IMG/VR virus record: IMGVR_UViG_3300030333_005399
Span: 7,830-71,829 of that record
Direction: 5' to 3' (one strand)
Length of the DNA: 64,000 nucleotides
From: a virus
The position numbers were made by a program, and so were the translations under genes. Of the stretch, positions 1-10,284 are shown in pieces. Positions within the stretch are counted from its first letter, which is position 1, and each line of letters begins with the position of its first letter. The notes below the pieces were generated by a model. That model was not told the DNA's origin. It did no database searches and saw only the letters and a program-made list of their open reading frames with translations.

Positions 1-26
1 TTACCTTTACCTTTATTTTATAAATA

Positions 27-1307
27 TTATATAACAAAACCTTGTGCCTTATCTATATCGTCTAATTCTATCATACATTCTTCAAGATCAACAGTTTGTG
101 AACTTAGCAATCTATCAAACTCATCTAACGATACATCATCATCTTCACCATCATCAAAGCCAGATTCTATACCGTCCAATCCAAATCCGAGTTCACCACC
201 TAAAGAATCTCCTAAATCTCCCAATCTTCTATCAACATAAATTCCACCAGCAGCTTCACATTGTTCTTTTGTCAAACCTGCTTCTGCACCTCTATTTGCT
301 GCACATTGGGCTAAAACTTTTTGCAACATTGCTAATAGCGATCTTAAAACCCGTTGAGAGTTTAACATATTTTCAGCAGCAGTTTGCAATAGTGCTGGAA
401 TTCCATTTACTACTTGTAAAACCATCAGATAAGATTCGACTATCCTTACTGGGGCAAATATCCACTTTAATAGTTTTATAATCTTTTTTAATTTTCTAAC
501 CAACCTATTTAAGGTTTTCAACAATCTGGATATTCTAGATATTACCCTTTCTACCCGTTGAATTAGTTTTATTAGTTTGTTAACATCTGGAATAAATTTA
601 CATGCATCATCCGGATCTAATTCAACCTTATCAACTAATGTTGTTACTTTGACCAAAAATTTATTTTGTACAGCCATCAAATCGTTGATCTTTTTTTGTA
701 TTTTAAACCACCACTTCATATCAAGATCTGGAATATCCAAATCTAATTCCATGGAAATTTCATCAAAAAATCCAGTTGGTCTATCTGCAGCTTGTGCACC
801 CAATTCTTGTAAACTACAGTAAGCTTCGTCATCGTCACTTCCATCTCCTGGAGAAACTACAGCACCATCATCTCCAACTGTAAAACCTTCGGATGATATA
901 CTTTGTGGTGCATCCAACCTAATTCCATTTTTGTCCAATACGTAACCGTTTAAAACAATATCTCCCTCTTTGAGTGCTGTACCAGGAGCAAAATTTCGAG
1001 CTTCTCCACCATACCCAGAATGTATTACTGTTACACCATCTTCATCAGCAGTAAATCCATTTTCACTTATAAACTCTCCAGCATAAACTCTTTCACCTAT
1101 AGAATAAATGTCTTCGTAATCTTCCCTTATTCCAAAAACCTGATTTGCAATTCTATTCTTCTCTAATTCCTCTTCGCTTACACCTACACCTTGACTAGCT
1201 GTTGTTTTTATGGCATTTCCTTCTAATATTTGGTCTCCCAATAACAGTGAAGATCCATGAGGTAAGAATCTTTTTGCCGATGTGATATTGTCGCAATTTA
1301 AAGCCAT
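27..1307 (-). CDS. Hypothetical protein with long coiled-coil/amphipathic C-terminal half, possibly virion-associated
   Basis: 426-aa ORF coupled (TAATG overlap) to the upstream gene; no diagnostic motif recognised. Confidence 0.4.
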   Translation of the reverse strand: MALNCDNITSAKRFLPHGSSLLLGDQILEGNAIKTTASQGVGVSEEELEKNRIANQVFGIREDYEDIYSIGERVYAGEFISENGFTADEDGVTVIHSGYGGEARNFAPGTALKEGDIVLNGYVLDKNGIRLDAPQSISSEGFTVGDDGAVVSPGDGSDDDEAYCSLQELGAQAADRPTGFFDEISMELDLDIPDLDMKWWFKIQKKINDLMAVQNKFLVKVTTLVDKVELDPDDACKFIPDVNKLIKLIQRVERVISRISRLLKTLNRLVRKLKKIIKLLKWIFAPVRIVESYLMVLQVVNGIPALLQTAAENMLNSQRVLRSLLAMLQKVLAQCAANRGAEAGLTKEQCEAAGGIYVDRRLGDLGDSLGGELGFGLDGIESGFDDGEDDDVSLDEFDRLLSSQTVDLEECMIELDDIDKAQGFVI

Positions 1308-2485
1308 TACAATCCGCTCTTAGGCCCTCTCGATATTTTTACATTTTTACTGAGTAGAAAATCTTTTAGTACTGATTCTGTCCATACTGCCGTTCCACTT
1401 TGTAATCCAGCTCCAGCACTCATAGCACCAAACACGGGAACTGGTATACCTATATTTCCTGTTCCTGTTGCTGCCATTATTTGACCACCAAACGAATTTA
1501 GTTGGTTTAAAATATTAACTAGGAATTTTACTAACTGGTCACCTAATACTGCTGGCTGTAAATTTTGATCTAAACTATCTCCTATATTAACTGATAGTCC
1601 AATAATGTTTGCTTGACCTTTTCCAACTACGTTGATATTTCTTCCACTAAAAACTCGTATATCACCACCTTCTTTAGAGTTAAATGTTATAGATTTGGAG
1701 TCCAACAATATTTGACCTCCAGTTAAATCTTCTGATGTTATATCTTGTGCAAATGGTACAACGTTTAAATCAACCTTTTCAGATCTGGTCATGTAAATAG
1801 AAGAAACATCTAAATTAATATTTTCTTCTCTTGGAGAAAGTAAATTTTCGGGTTTATTATCTTCGTCAGCTATTCTAAGTTTTATTACAGAATCTTTTTT
1901 TGATTCTTTAGTTTTTCCTATTCTTATAGATTGATCGTTTCTACCATTTATTGTTATATCTCCAGGAAAAAACTTTACTGGTCTAGGTGACCCAATATTT
2001 GGTTCGAACTCTCCTGTAGATGCAGCACCTTTTTTCTGATCTAAAGAACCATCTTCTGGGTTTGACGTTAAACCCTTCAACATGTTATTGTTTGGATTAT
2101 TGTAAAAATTTACAGGATTAAAGTAAAATGAAAACCCTCCTAAGTTTATTATAGAAACAAATTCACCAAGAACTGGATATTGAGAAACAAATGCAGTTAA
2201 TGGTTTTACATATCCTTTGCTGTTTGTTGGAAGTATTGGAAAATCAACTCCACCGGTATCCACTCTAATACAGCCTTGGTATGCAACTGGCAAGTTTACA
2301 GACTCAGGATCTGATACTACTTCAACAACTTCTGCAGTTACTATTTGTAAAGATACAGTTTGTGTAGCATCCAATATTTCCTGAGTAATGTCTCGTACAC
2401 GTTTTTCTGTTGGTATCTGATTCTTTATCTGAACCTTAGAATTTCTTGATACCTTTTCAGTGTACACACCCTGTACATCGGTCAT
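1307..2485 (-). CDS. Putative baseplate hub/spike protein (gp5/gpV-like)
   Basis: N-terminal OB-like YPVLGEFV segment, GDITINGR-x3-SIRIG motif, beta-rich repeats and C-terminal PAVLGD motif resembling myovirus spike proteins. Confidence 0.5.
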   Translation of the reverse strand: MTDVQGVYTEKVSRNSKVQIKNQIPTEKRVRDITQEILDATQTVSLQIVTAEVVEVVSDPESVNLPVAYQGCIRVDTGGVDFPILPTNSKGYVKPLTAFVSQYPVLGEFVSIINLGGFSFYFNPVNFYNNPNNNMLKGLTSNPEDGSLDQKKGAASTGEFEPNIGSPRPVKFFPGDITINGRNDQSIRIGKTKESKKDSVIKLRIADEDNKPENLLSPREENINLDVSSIYMTRSEKVDLNVVPFAQDITSEDLTGGQILLDSKSITFNSKEGGDIRVFSGRNINVVGKGQANIIGLSVNIGDSLDQNLQPAVLGDQLVKFLVNILNQLNSFGGQIMAATGTGNIGIPVPVFGAMSAGAGLQSGTAVWTESVLKDFLLSKNVKISRGPKSGL

Positions 2486-2486
2486 G

Positions 2487-2870
2487 TTACTGTCCTTCTG
2501 ATATTCCTAGAGAAATGTCGTCTACTTCTTTTTGAATATTTTCCGTAGCACTTTGAATCTTATCGAGTATTTCCGCCTTTTCAGTGTCAGATAATCCTAA
2601 TTCTCCACCTTCAAGTTTAGTTTCAGATTGTATAACCCTTTGGACGACGGCTGTTAGCTTTACTAGTAATTCATCATTACGAATATTTGCTTGCATAAAC
2701 TCGCTGATCATTGGAAACAACTGCATAGCAGAGTTTGGATCCTTGATGAATACCATCATTTCCTGAATCAATGATTCTATTTGTATTTTGTTACGCTTAG
2801 AGTTACCATCTATCTTCTTAAACATGTCAGATAGTTTAACTCCATCATATATTTCATAATCAGCAGACAT
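2487..2870 (-). CDS. Hypothetical helical phage protein
   Basis: 127-aa ORF with AGGA RBS. Confidence 0.5.
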   Translation of the reverse strand: MSADYEIYDGVKLSDMFKKIDGNSKRNKIQIESLIQEMMVFIKDPNSAMQLFPMISEFMQANIRNDELLVKLTAVVQRVIQSETKLEGGELGLSDTEKAEILDKIQSATENIQKEVDDISLGISEGQ

Positions 2871-2913
2871 AATTAGAACGTCCTTTGATCATAAATATGG
2901 CGTAAAGTAAAAA

Positions 2914-3657
2914 TTACTTATAAAGGTACGGAGACGATAGTTTATTTGTATTTAGTTGTTCGATATGACCCTCTACATCCCACTGTCGTTCTAAATTTTT
3001 ATAGTGTGATTTCATAGTATTTAAAACTTTAGTAATATGTTGAGTTTTTGCACCTGATATTTCCCTAAGTAAAATGTACAATGCCTTTTTATTGAATATT
3101 TCAATAGCATCAACTCTTGACATCAACTCAATTATTGAATATGCAATCCTTATATCTCTCTGTTTTTTAAAAACTACATCGATATTTTGTTCCCAATACT
3201 CAATAATAGATTTAAAGAATTGTTGACCTTCGTTCATAGTTGCAAATTCTGCATCATATGTAACCTTTCTAGCATCTTTATGTTTTAAATCAATAACATC
3301 TTCTGTCATTTTCATCTTTTTATAGTTATTGTTGTTATGGCAAATCAACCAATTTTTAACTACAACACTAAAGAAACTAAATGCCTTTCCTTTTCCAGGT
3401 TTGTATTTGTCCAATCTAGTTATCATAAATGATATGACTTCGTGTTTGACATCATTTAATGGAATATCAAAATAATAAAACTTAAATGTGTGTATTATAC
3501 TTTCTACGAGCTTTTCAAATGGTGCTCTTAAATGTTCGTTGTAAATATCATTTCTTTCCCGACTGGTACTAGCTGCATTATACGCAATAATTGCTTGCTC
3601 TGTTCCTTCGTGAAAATACATTTTATTAATTGATTTCTTTTTTGCTTTACGCGGCAT
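2914..3657 (-). CDS. Phage RNA polymerase sigma factor (gp55/sigma70 region 2-like)
   Basis: Region-2-like DVKHEVISFMITRLDKYKPGKGKAFSFFSVVVKN and C-terminal HTH-like LREISGAKTQHITKVL. Confidence 0.7.
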   Translation of the reverse strand: MPRKAKKKSINKMYFHEGTEQAIIAYNAASTSRERNDIYNEHLRAPFEKLVESIIHTFKFYYFDIPLNDVKHEVISFMITRLDKYKPGKGKAFSFFSVVVKNWLICHNNNNYKKMKMTEDVIDLKHKDARKVTYDAEFATMNEGQQFFKSIIEYWEQNIDVVFKKQRDIRIAYSIIELMSRVDAIEIFNKKALYILLREISGAKTQHITKVLNTMKSHYKNLERQWDVEGHIEQLNTNKLSSPYLYK

Positions 3658-3907
3658 CGTTTCGTTCTCCTATTAAGTTCTCTAATTGTTCTACTTCATT
3701 TAATAATTCTGTAAATGTTGAACCAGCCTCGTCATCTGATTCGAATGATCCTATGGAATCGATATCTCTCATATTTTGTATGGCTTTACCAATAGCAATA
3801 TATGTTCCATCTAAGGCTTGCTCTAAAAAATCTACCTTATAATATAGATTCCAAATAACATAACACAGAATCAATATGGTTAAACCCATTATTGTTTCAA
3901 TTATCAT
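3647..3907 (-). CDS. Small protein with N-terminal transmembrane helix
   Basis: Hydrophobic IMGLTILILCYVIW; overlaps both neighbours. Confidence 0.55.
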   Translation of the reverse strand: MIIETIMGLTILILCYVIWNLYYKVDFLEQALDGTYIAIGKAIQNMRDIDSIGSFESDDEAGSTFTELLNEVEQLENLIGERNDAA

Positions 3908-4650
3908 TTGAATAAATCTCCTAGTTTACCAACGTCCAAATCTGATAAAGGTTCCTTTTTCGTTGTAGTACCCTTCATTATTTTGGGAAAATCTACACTA
4001 CTTTCCCCAGAAAGCATATACTGTTCCTTTTCCCACCTTGTTGCACAAGAATCCCCATAATGTATTATGAAACCAATATTTGTTTTTATTGCTTTCCATT
4101 CAGAACCTTCAAAAAAGTATGGCTTATTTGCATCTTCATACAATCCATCTGCCATTCTTAATCCTAAAAATTCTTGTTGTGACATTGGAATGTTAAACTG
4201 ATTTAACAACCAAAATGCTCTATCTGTAACTGTCATCCAATGTAAATCAGGATTATGATCATACATTCTTCCCCACTTTTTTGCTTTCCACTCATCGGGA
4301 TTAGTGATATAATAATCATTTTCCATATCTCCTATTTTTCCAAGATCATGAAACATTGCACAGAATATTACGTTTTCTTCGTTTATGTCACTAACGTGCA
4401 TATCCATTTTCTTAAACATTTCATAATATTCAAGAGACCACTTTATTACGTTTAACACATGTGCCACATATCCACCTGGAAAAGCATTATGAAACCATTT
4501 TGTTCCTGATGCTGGAGCCAATGTCATTCTATCTTCAAAATGTTCGTGTAAAAGTTTTATGTTTTTTAGCCTATCACCCTCAAAGGTGTCTTCTATAATC
4601 TTGTTGAGCCCATCCCAATTTTCTCGTATTTGCTCAGCAGTTATTCTCAT
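3904..4650 (-). CDS. HD-domain phosphohydrolase (YhaM-like)
   Basis: APAS...HNAFPGGYVAH and AMFHDLGKIG motifs. Confidence 0.85.
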   Translation of the reverse strand: MRITAEQIRENWDGLNKIIEDTFEGDRLKNIKLLHEHFEDRMTLAPASGTKWFHNAFPGGYVAHVLNVIKWSLEYYEMFKKMDMHVSDINEENVIFCAMFHDLGKIGDMENDYYITNPDEWKAKKWGRMYDHNPDLHWMTVTDRAFWLLNQFNIPMSQQEFLGLRMADGLYEDANKPYFFEGSEWKAIKTNIGFIIHYGDSCATRWEKEQYMLSGESSVDFPKIMKGTTTKKEPLSDLDVGKLGDLFK

Positions 4651-5162
4651 ACTTTCTCCTTAGTCCAATTTAATTTAAAAATATCTACGTTTGTAAACTT
4701 ATAAGGTTTGACGCTTTCAGATTCTAATATATCTACAACGTTAACCCATTTGGCATTCATAGTATCTCTAACTTGATAAACGCCATCTTTTCCATCTGTA
4801 CCTTTTAACAAAATAAAATCACCATAATCAAAAGGTCCACCCCATCTTGCAAGTAGATTACGTGATAATGCAACAAACTTATATCTAGATGCATGATGTA
4901 CTCTAATTCTAGTTCCATCAGCCGTTACATCTGGTGTATCGTCACACTGTATTGTGTTTGGCTGATACATCGTTACATCAACTTTGATACCATGTTGATA
5001 AAACTCTGATAACCTTTCAGACAACTCTTTATTTTGATTAGCAAGAAACTCATAATGTTGATGATATGTTTCTTTGTTTGCTTTCATAAAACGAGTTGCT
5101 ACATATCCGTTTATTGTGGTTATTAATGCTAATACTATTAGATACTTACTTAGGCTTTGCAT
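4647..5162 (-). CDS. Membrane-anchored/exported 3D-domain protein (putative peptidoglycan lytic enzyme)
   Basis: Signal/TM helix, then VTMY...TADGT...VALSR...YGD...VRDTM...VDIL pattern. Confidence 0.75.
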   Translation of the reverse strand: MQSLSKYLIVLALITTINGYVATRFMKANKETYHQHYEFLANQNKELSERLSEFYQHGIKVDVTMYQPNTIQCDDTPDVTADGTRIRVHHASRYKFVALSRNLLARWGGPFDYGDFILLKGTDGKDGVYQVRDTMNAKWVNVVDILESESVKPYKFTNVDIFKLNWTKEKV

Positions 5163-5189
5163 GGCGTGCTCCTATTCTTGATTTATTAA

Positions 5190-5232
5190 TAGAATCTACA
5201 CGTAAACCGGCATATATGTACATGCTTTTTTT
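5190..5232 (-). promoter_or_regulatory. Conserved phage promoter motif, copy 1
   Basis: Minus strand A-tract-GCATGTAC-N19-TAGATTCTA upstream of 4647..5162. Confidence 0.8.
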
Positions 5233-5736
5233 ACTTTTTTTCTAATTTTTTTGAAGCATAATCCGTCAATACATCTGGATAAAAGGCATGAATTATCAAA
5301 GCCATAGCACAAGACATAGCCCTTAACCAGTGACGCAAATACGTTGTATTCGTTTCTTTTAAATGTTTAAACAAAATCGTTAATTTGCTTCTTTAATTCT
5401 AGTTTCTGTTCCTGTCTAGACTTACGTTTTTTCGTTTTGATTATTTTAGTCGTGGGTATCGGAAAGTCAGACATCTTTGGTTTGTAGACTTTTTTCATTC
5501 TTGAGCCTCCTCAAACCAAGGAATATCATCCCATTGATCATCATCGTCAAGTTGTAGATCTTCTAATAAAAGCTCAATATCTGCCCAATCTTTATTCTCC
5601 AATGCAGATTCTAAACGTAATATTATATCTTCTTTTTTCATGATGTAGGTCTCCGTCGTAGTTGCATTTAAATACGCTAACGGTTGACTTACTGATGTAG
5701 ATTTTTTATCGTAACCAATTGGTAAATTAATTTGCA

Positions 5737-5985
5737 TTATGATACCTCTTCTAATCCTTCAATTAATTTTTCTATTTCATTTGGATTTGGAAACCTATTT
5801 TCTACTTCTTTACTGAATAATAAAGATGTTGCATTATTAGTATGGTGATACATTACTCTAAATATACCTCCACTTCCCTTAATTAATTCGGCGTCAATTC
5901 CAAATCTAGATTTTAATGATTCTCTTACCCTAAGAGCTTCTAAATCGTAGCCTCAGGATGTACAATATTCTATAGATATTTGCAT
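5737..5985 (-). CDS. SelW/SelT/SelH (Rdx family) selenoprotein, 82 aa, UGA at codon 11 (not in ORF track)
   Basis: MQISIEYCTS-U-GYDLEALRVRESLKSRFGIDAELIKGSGGIFRV...LFSKEVENRFPNPNEI; CxxU, GSGGxF and SK-x4-RFP Rdx motifs; fills the gap exactly with TAATG overlaps at both ends. Confidence 0.88.
5917..5952 (-). promoter_or_regulatory. Candidate bacterial SECIS hairpin
   Basis: After the UGA: GGCTAC-GATT-TAGAAG-CTCTT-AGGGT-AAGAG-AATC; G-containing apical loop begins 21 nt after the UGA. Confidence 0.6.
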
Positions 5986-6215
5986 TATGCCTCCGCTATT
6001 TCAAATCCAAATTGTTTAACCGTATTTTCTTTGCTCTTTTTCATTCCCTTATGATAGTCCATCAATAAGGCAATAAACATGTTGGAGCACTCAACAGGAA
6101 AATCCACCGGAGTATCAGAGACACTATCTAACAAATCCTTATGTTTGTTGTACAACATTCTTGTTTCTAAGACAAACATTTCCCAATCCAATATTCTATT
6201 TTCCATTTTTAACAT
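5985..6215 (-). CDS. Hypothetical protein
   Basis: Coupled to the selenoprotein start; true start probably the second Met (MENR). Confidence 0.5.
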   Translation of the reverse strand: MLKMENRILDWEMFVLETRMLYNKHKDLLDSVSDTPVDFPVECSNMFIALLMDYHKGMKKSKENTVKQFGFEIAEA

Positions 6216-6552
6216 CCCTATACATTTCTTCAGTGTTTGCTATTAATTCATCAATTTCCAAATTTAAATCCTTTATTACGTCACTGACATCGTTAACCTT
6301 AGCTGTCTTAGTTACAGCATATACATTTTTCCTATCTAAAGATTTAGATCCATAAATGTATGAAGCCTGTGGAAAATCAACTTGTTCATATTGTCCTTGA
6401 TGAAACCAAGGTTCTGGTTTTCCTGCTTCGAAACCTAAAGTACGTACATCTCCACCTGGCAAAAATCCTGTATCAGGTTCACCACTGTCTGCTCCATAGT
6501 TTGCAGAATTAGATGCGACTTCATTTATTTTACTCATATATCTAAATATCAT
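6196..6552 (-). CDS. Hypothetical protein
   Basis: Tightly packed ORF. Confidence 0.5.
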   Translation of the reverse strand: MIFRYMSKINEVASNSANYGADSGEPDTGFLPGGDVRTLGFEAGKPEPWFHQGQYEQVDFPQASYIYGSKSLDRKNVYAVTKTAKVNDVSDVIKDLNLEIDELIANTEEMYRDVKNGK

Positions 6553-6772
6553 TGATTTCCTGTTTAGGTGTATCTGGCATCTTTATTATTTTTATTTTCA
6601 TTTCTTCAAGCTTACCAATCCACTCATCTAACAGTTCTATTATTTTATTTTTATTAACTTCTACGTCGTCGTTATCTAGTATTTTATCCACCCATTTTTT
6701 ATAGATACCTAAAAATCCAGACAACCACACAGCGATTTCCGCTCGCTCTTCGGGCCATGATCTATTAGCCAT
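6542..6772 (-). CDS. Hypothetical protein
   Basis: AGGAG RBS, tight packing. Confidence 0.55.
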   Translation of the reverse strand: MANRSWPEERAEIAVWLSGFLGIYKKWVDKILDNDDVEVNKNKIIELLDEWIGKLEEMKIKIIKMPDTPKQEINDI

Positions 6773-6781
6773 GATGATCTC

Positions 6782-7222
6782 CTATTTAAAGAATAGTTTG
6801 TACTTTAGTTTCCTTGTAACAAACGAAACGAATAAACAAATGTGAAGAATCCAATCCATAACTGCGCTTTTAGTTGTAAACGTTACTTCATCCTCTATCA
6901 TTGTCTTATCATCTGATATTGCTTTTAATTTGTGCCTGTGTGACCAAAACTTTATACCTAAAAAGTTTCCATCAACCAGTATATCGTTAAAAAATAAATC
7001 AGATTTAGATGTTTTGTATCCAACAACTTTAAACTTTACAATGTCCCCAAAAAAATCTATTTTTGTAACGGCACCCCTCCTTATACCCTTATGATGAACT
7101 ACACTAGTTCCTTTAGGACACAAGTATTTTAACAATTCCCCATCTCTGTCAACAAATGCAGATTTTACATCTTTGAATGAAGAATTGACGTTAGTCTTGA
7201 TATGTAGAATGCCTCTTTTCAT
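6782..7222 (-). CDS. SRPBCC/START-like protein
   Basis: WSHRHKL...TMIEDEVTF pattern plus C-terminal helix. Confidence 0.45.
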   Translation of the reverse strand: MKRGILHIKTNVNSSFKDVKSAFVDRDGELLKYLCPKGTSVVHHKGIRRGAVTKIDFFGDIVKFKVVGYKTSKSDLFFNDILVDGNFLGIKFWSHRHKLKAISDDKTMIEDEVTFTTKSAVMDWILHICLFVSFVTRKLKYKLFFK

Positions 7223-7234
7223 ATAATATAAGTA

Positions 7235-8173
7235 TTAATTCTTGAGACTAAAATCACTAGGAAATATCCACTCGTATGGTATACGCTTAGTGGGACTTTT
7301 TACTCCGTGATTTATTGCTATATGTTTATAGAAAAAACAAGTTTTATCTTCAACGTTTAGAAACTTTTGTTCAACCATTGGGTTCCTAGAATCGTATATT
7401 AACTCATCCATCTGATTCAACCATAACTCCGCATTATAGTTTAATGGAACAAATTTACCATCATTATCTATATCATATTTAACCTTATTCATTAAATTTT
7501 TTCCACCAAATATCTGGTGTAATCCATCAAAATGACCCGTGCCTCCAAACAATACTGATTCTGGATCATAATCTTTGGGCCATGTCATTGCCATATATCT
7601 AGCAAAATTCTTACAAGGATACATTGGTGCCCTAAATCCCTGATGCTCTTTATAGTATTCACAAAATACCTTTGCCAGTTCCATCATAGTCCATCGTTTA
7701 GTTCTACTAGCTAACACTTCAGTCATGTAATCTGCACATCTCTTAGGTCCATCTAACAACCACTCTCTTACGTTTGTACCTTTAGGGTAATATATTTGGA
7801 ATAGATCACTACGAGCATGTCGTTCTGTTACAAACCTTTCTCTCAACGATTCTATTCCCTGATCTTTTAATGTTTTAAATGTTAACCAATGTTCATTGCT
7901 AAATGAGAACACCATTGTGTACCATATTCGCGTATGTAAATCATCTACGTTTCTCATCTCATCGCAATATGGGTGCTCATGCCAATGAAGTCTATGAGAG
8001 AATATCTGATAATCCTCTTTTAACAAATCATCTTCACGCTTATCAAACACCCTACAAAATTCAAAGAACTTTTCCTTTCGTTGGTCCAATGTCCAATCTT
8101 CCATCCAACTATGGATAGGTTTATTCCTGTTGTTTAATTCTACAGGTCTAGTATTTTCGTACACAATATTCAT
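7235..8173 (-). CDS. Putative DNA base-hypermodification enzyme, aGPT-Pplase/glycosylase-fold-like (paralog A)
   Basis: N-terminal DDLL motif, GGTGHFDGL hairpin-like motif and C-terminal EDKTCFFYK resembling the E-x2-LC-x3-K signature; similar layout to 20519..21679. Confidence 0.5.
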   Translation of the reverse strand: MNIVYENTRPVELNNRNKPIHSWMEDWTLDQRKEKFFEFCRVFDKREDDLLKEDYQIFSHRLHWHEHPYCDEMRNVDDLHTRIWYTMVFSFSNEHWLTFKTLKDQGIESLRERFVTERHARSDLFQIYYPKGTNVREWLLDGPKRCADYMTEVLASRTKRWTMMELAKVFCEYYKEHQGFRAPMYPCKNFARYMAMTWPKDYDPESVLFGGTGHFDGLHQIFGGKNLMNKVKYDIDNDGKFVPLNYNAELWLNQMDELIYDSRNPMVEQKFLNVEDKTCFFYKHIAINHGVKSPTKRIPYEWIFPSDFSLKN

Positions 8174-8181
8174 ATACTGGT

Positions 8182-8301
8182 TCAGTCCTTATTTTGTTTT
8201 TTAAAAATTTTGTCCCAATTTTCATCGTATCTTTTTTTATTTGATACACGACTCTTATCTCCTTTTCCTGCATTTGAGTACTTCTTTTTATTCTTTCCCA
8301 C
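8182..8301 (-). CDS. Small basic phage protein (39 aa, GTG start)
   Basis: MGKNKKKYSNAGKGDKSRVSNKKRYDENWDKIFKKQNKD; GKGD..R...Y..NW..IF pattern familiar from aquatic phages. Confidence 0.5.
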   Translation of the reverse strand: MGKNKKKYSNAGKGDKSRVSNKKRYDENWDKIFKKQNKD

Positions 8302-8671
8302 TACAAATGCCAACCCATTATTATGAAATAAAAATAAGCCAGACCTGCTAATATCCAGAGTGTTATACTCACGTATAGCTTGTTTATGTCAGCTTGAGTC
8401 GCAGCTCTTTTCTTTTTTTCTACTTTATCCCAATCACCCATACAAAACTCACAAATTTATATAGTCCATACCAAGCAATTGCTGATCCAACTGGCAACAA
8501 TACTAAGTAAACAAATACTCGCATAACCTTATCTAATAGTGTTTCTTCCATTATAATCCTAATGTGTCTATTAATGTCCAGGTATCAAGTGATATACCAA
8601 TGAATATTCCCATCATTAGACCAATACATATACCAATAATGATATAGCTAATCTTTTCTTCATCTGATAAA

Positions 8672-9301
8672 TTACGTATCACTTAATTCCCATCCATCGT
8701 TTAAAAATTTCTGTGCCTTCTTATACTTCAACACCTTTACTGAATCACCCTTTTTAATGGTAACCAATTCATTTCTACCAATTTTCTTTTCTGCACGATA
8801 AGTCATATCAATCTTCCTATCCATACAAACTATTCCATTTAAATGGTCAATCTCGTGTTGAACACAAACAGATTCCAACAGTCTTAGTTGTTCATCATCT
8901 CCATCTCCTTGTTCCCAACTACCTTTTCCATCTGTAGATGCAGGAGCTCCACTAAAATACCAATCGGCTTCTGATTGTTCTGTAGATATAATTACATCTC
9001 TGTACCTTTTTGTTTGCACTCCCTTACCTGGAAACGATAAGCACCCTTCATAATAACTTATTTCATTCTCTTTAGAAAGTATCTTGGGGTTTATTAGAAC
9101 AAGAGGCTCCCTAACATTAACCACGGCAACATTCGCATCGATACCGACTTGATTAGCTGCCAAGCCAATGCCATCTTTTCGTTTGTTAAGAATCTCAAAT
9201 AGTTCCCTAGCAATCTCTACTCCTTCTTCAACAGTAACGTTTCTTAATTTTTTGTTGATCACTGGATTGTGATCTTTATTACAATTAATTACCTGTTTCA
9301 T
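8672..9301 (-). CDS. def: Peptide deformylase
   Basis: GIGLAANQ, EGCLS, QHEIDHL motifs. Confidence 0.95.
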   Translation of the reverse strand: MKQVINCNKDHNPVINKKLRNVTVEEGVEIARELFEILNKRKDGIGLAANQVGIDANVAVVNVREPLVLINPKILSKENEISYYEGCLSFPGKGVQTKRYRDVIISTEQSEADWYFSGAPASTDGKGSWEQGDGDDEQLRLLESVCVQHEIDHLNGIVCMDRKIDMTYRAEKKIGRNELVTIKKGDSVKVLKYKKAQKFLNDGWELSDT

Positions 9302-9804
9302 TTACTCTTGAATTTCTCCTCGATCTTATCTGCCAACCAATCTACAATATCAGTAGACATAGTTAGCAGACAAATTGCCATTGCCCAAACTAAACCTTCC
9401 ATTACTTATCACCCACTTTAATTCTGTACAACTCTGCATCCTTGTCATCGCGCGCTAAGAATTTTGTGCCGTCTTTTAGCTCAAATGTCTTGTAGCTTGC
9501 AAATTGACCTTTACTTTTCTTTTTTGCCATTATAACCCTCCTTAACTTCATTCCAAAGTTCGTTAATTTCTTTTTTAGAACCACCTTGTTTAATCAAGGC
9601 TTCTTCTCTCGTCATTATGGTGAGAGGAACATCAGCCAAACTTGGCGGACGTCCCCATTCATCACACATAATCTTCTCTTCTAGCCATTCCTTTTTAGTC
9701 ATTACTTTTCCTTTCGTATGTATACTTTACAGCAACATAAACAATAAAAAATGTAAGAGCAATTGGAGGCAAATTAAAATAAATAATTAATCCAAGATCC
9801 TGCA

Positions 9805-10284
9805 TTACTTACCTACCCTATGATCTAAGAAATCTTTTTGGGCTTCGATAGCTTTCTTCAGCTCTTTCTTTTCAGCTGCCATTTTTAACAATTTCTTGGT
9901 CTCATCTTTTTTCGCCTGAGCCTTTGCAGATTTCTGCTTTGCCTTTATTGCGACTACATCAGTTGGAGGTAACGTACCCTTAAGTTTGGGTTGTTCAACA
10001 CCCTTATGAAATACTGTACCATCTGCATCTACAAATACCTTTCTCCATCTCCAACCTCTAGGTCTACCAGTACTAGCTGTTCTACTTTTACTAGAAAACA
10101 ATCTATTACGTTCATCTTCTGGCATTAATGATAGACACCTATGAAGTAAAGCTCTACTACCCATTACAGATGTAGAAGTTAAACTAACATTGGCAACTGG
10201 TTCTCCAGTTTCTCTACAATCCATGTATGCTACTCCATCAATGAAGTAACCACCATTCTTTTTAAATGTAGCTTCTTGACTCAT
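9805..10284 (-). CDS. Hypothetical basic phage protein
   Basis: GRPRGW...FVDADGTVFHKGVEQPKLKGT motif, Lys-rich tail; coupled to upstream gene. Confidence 0.6.
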   Translation of the reverse strand: MSQEATFKKNGGYFIDGVAYMDCRETGEPVANVSLTSTSVMGSRALLHRCLSLMPEDERNRLFSSKSRTASTGRPRGWRWRKVFVDADGTVFHKGVEQPKLKGTLPPTDVVAIKAKQKSAKAQAKKDETKKLLKMAAEKKELKKAIEAQKDFLDHRVGK

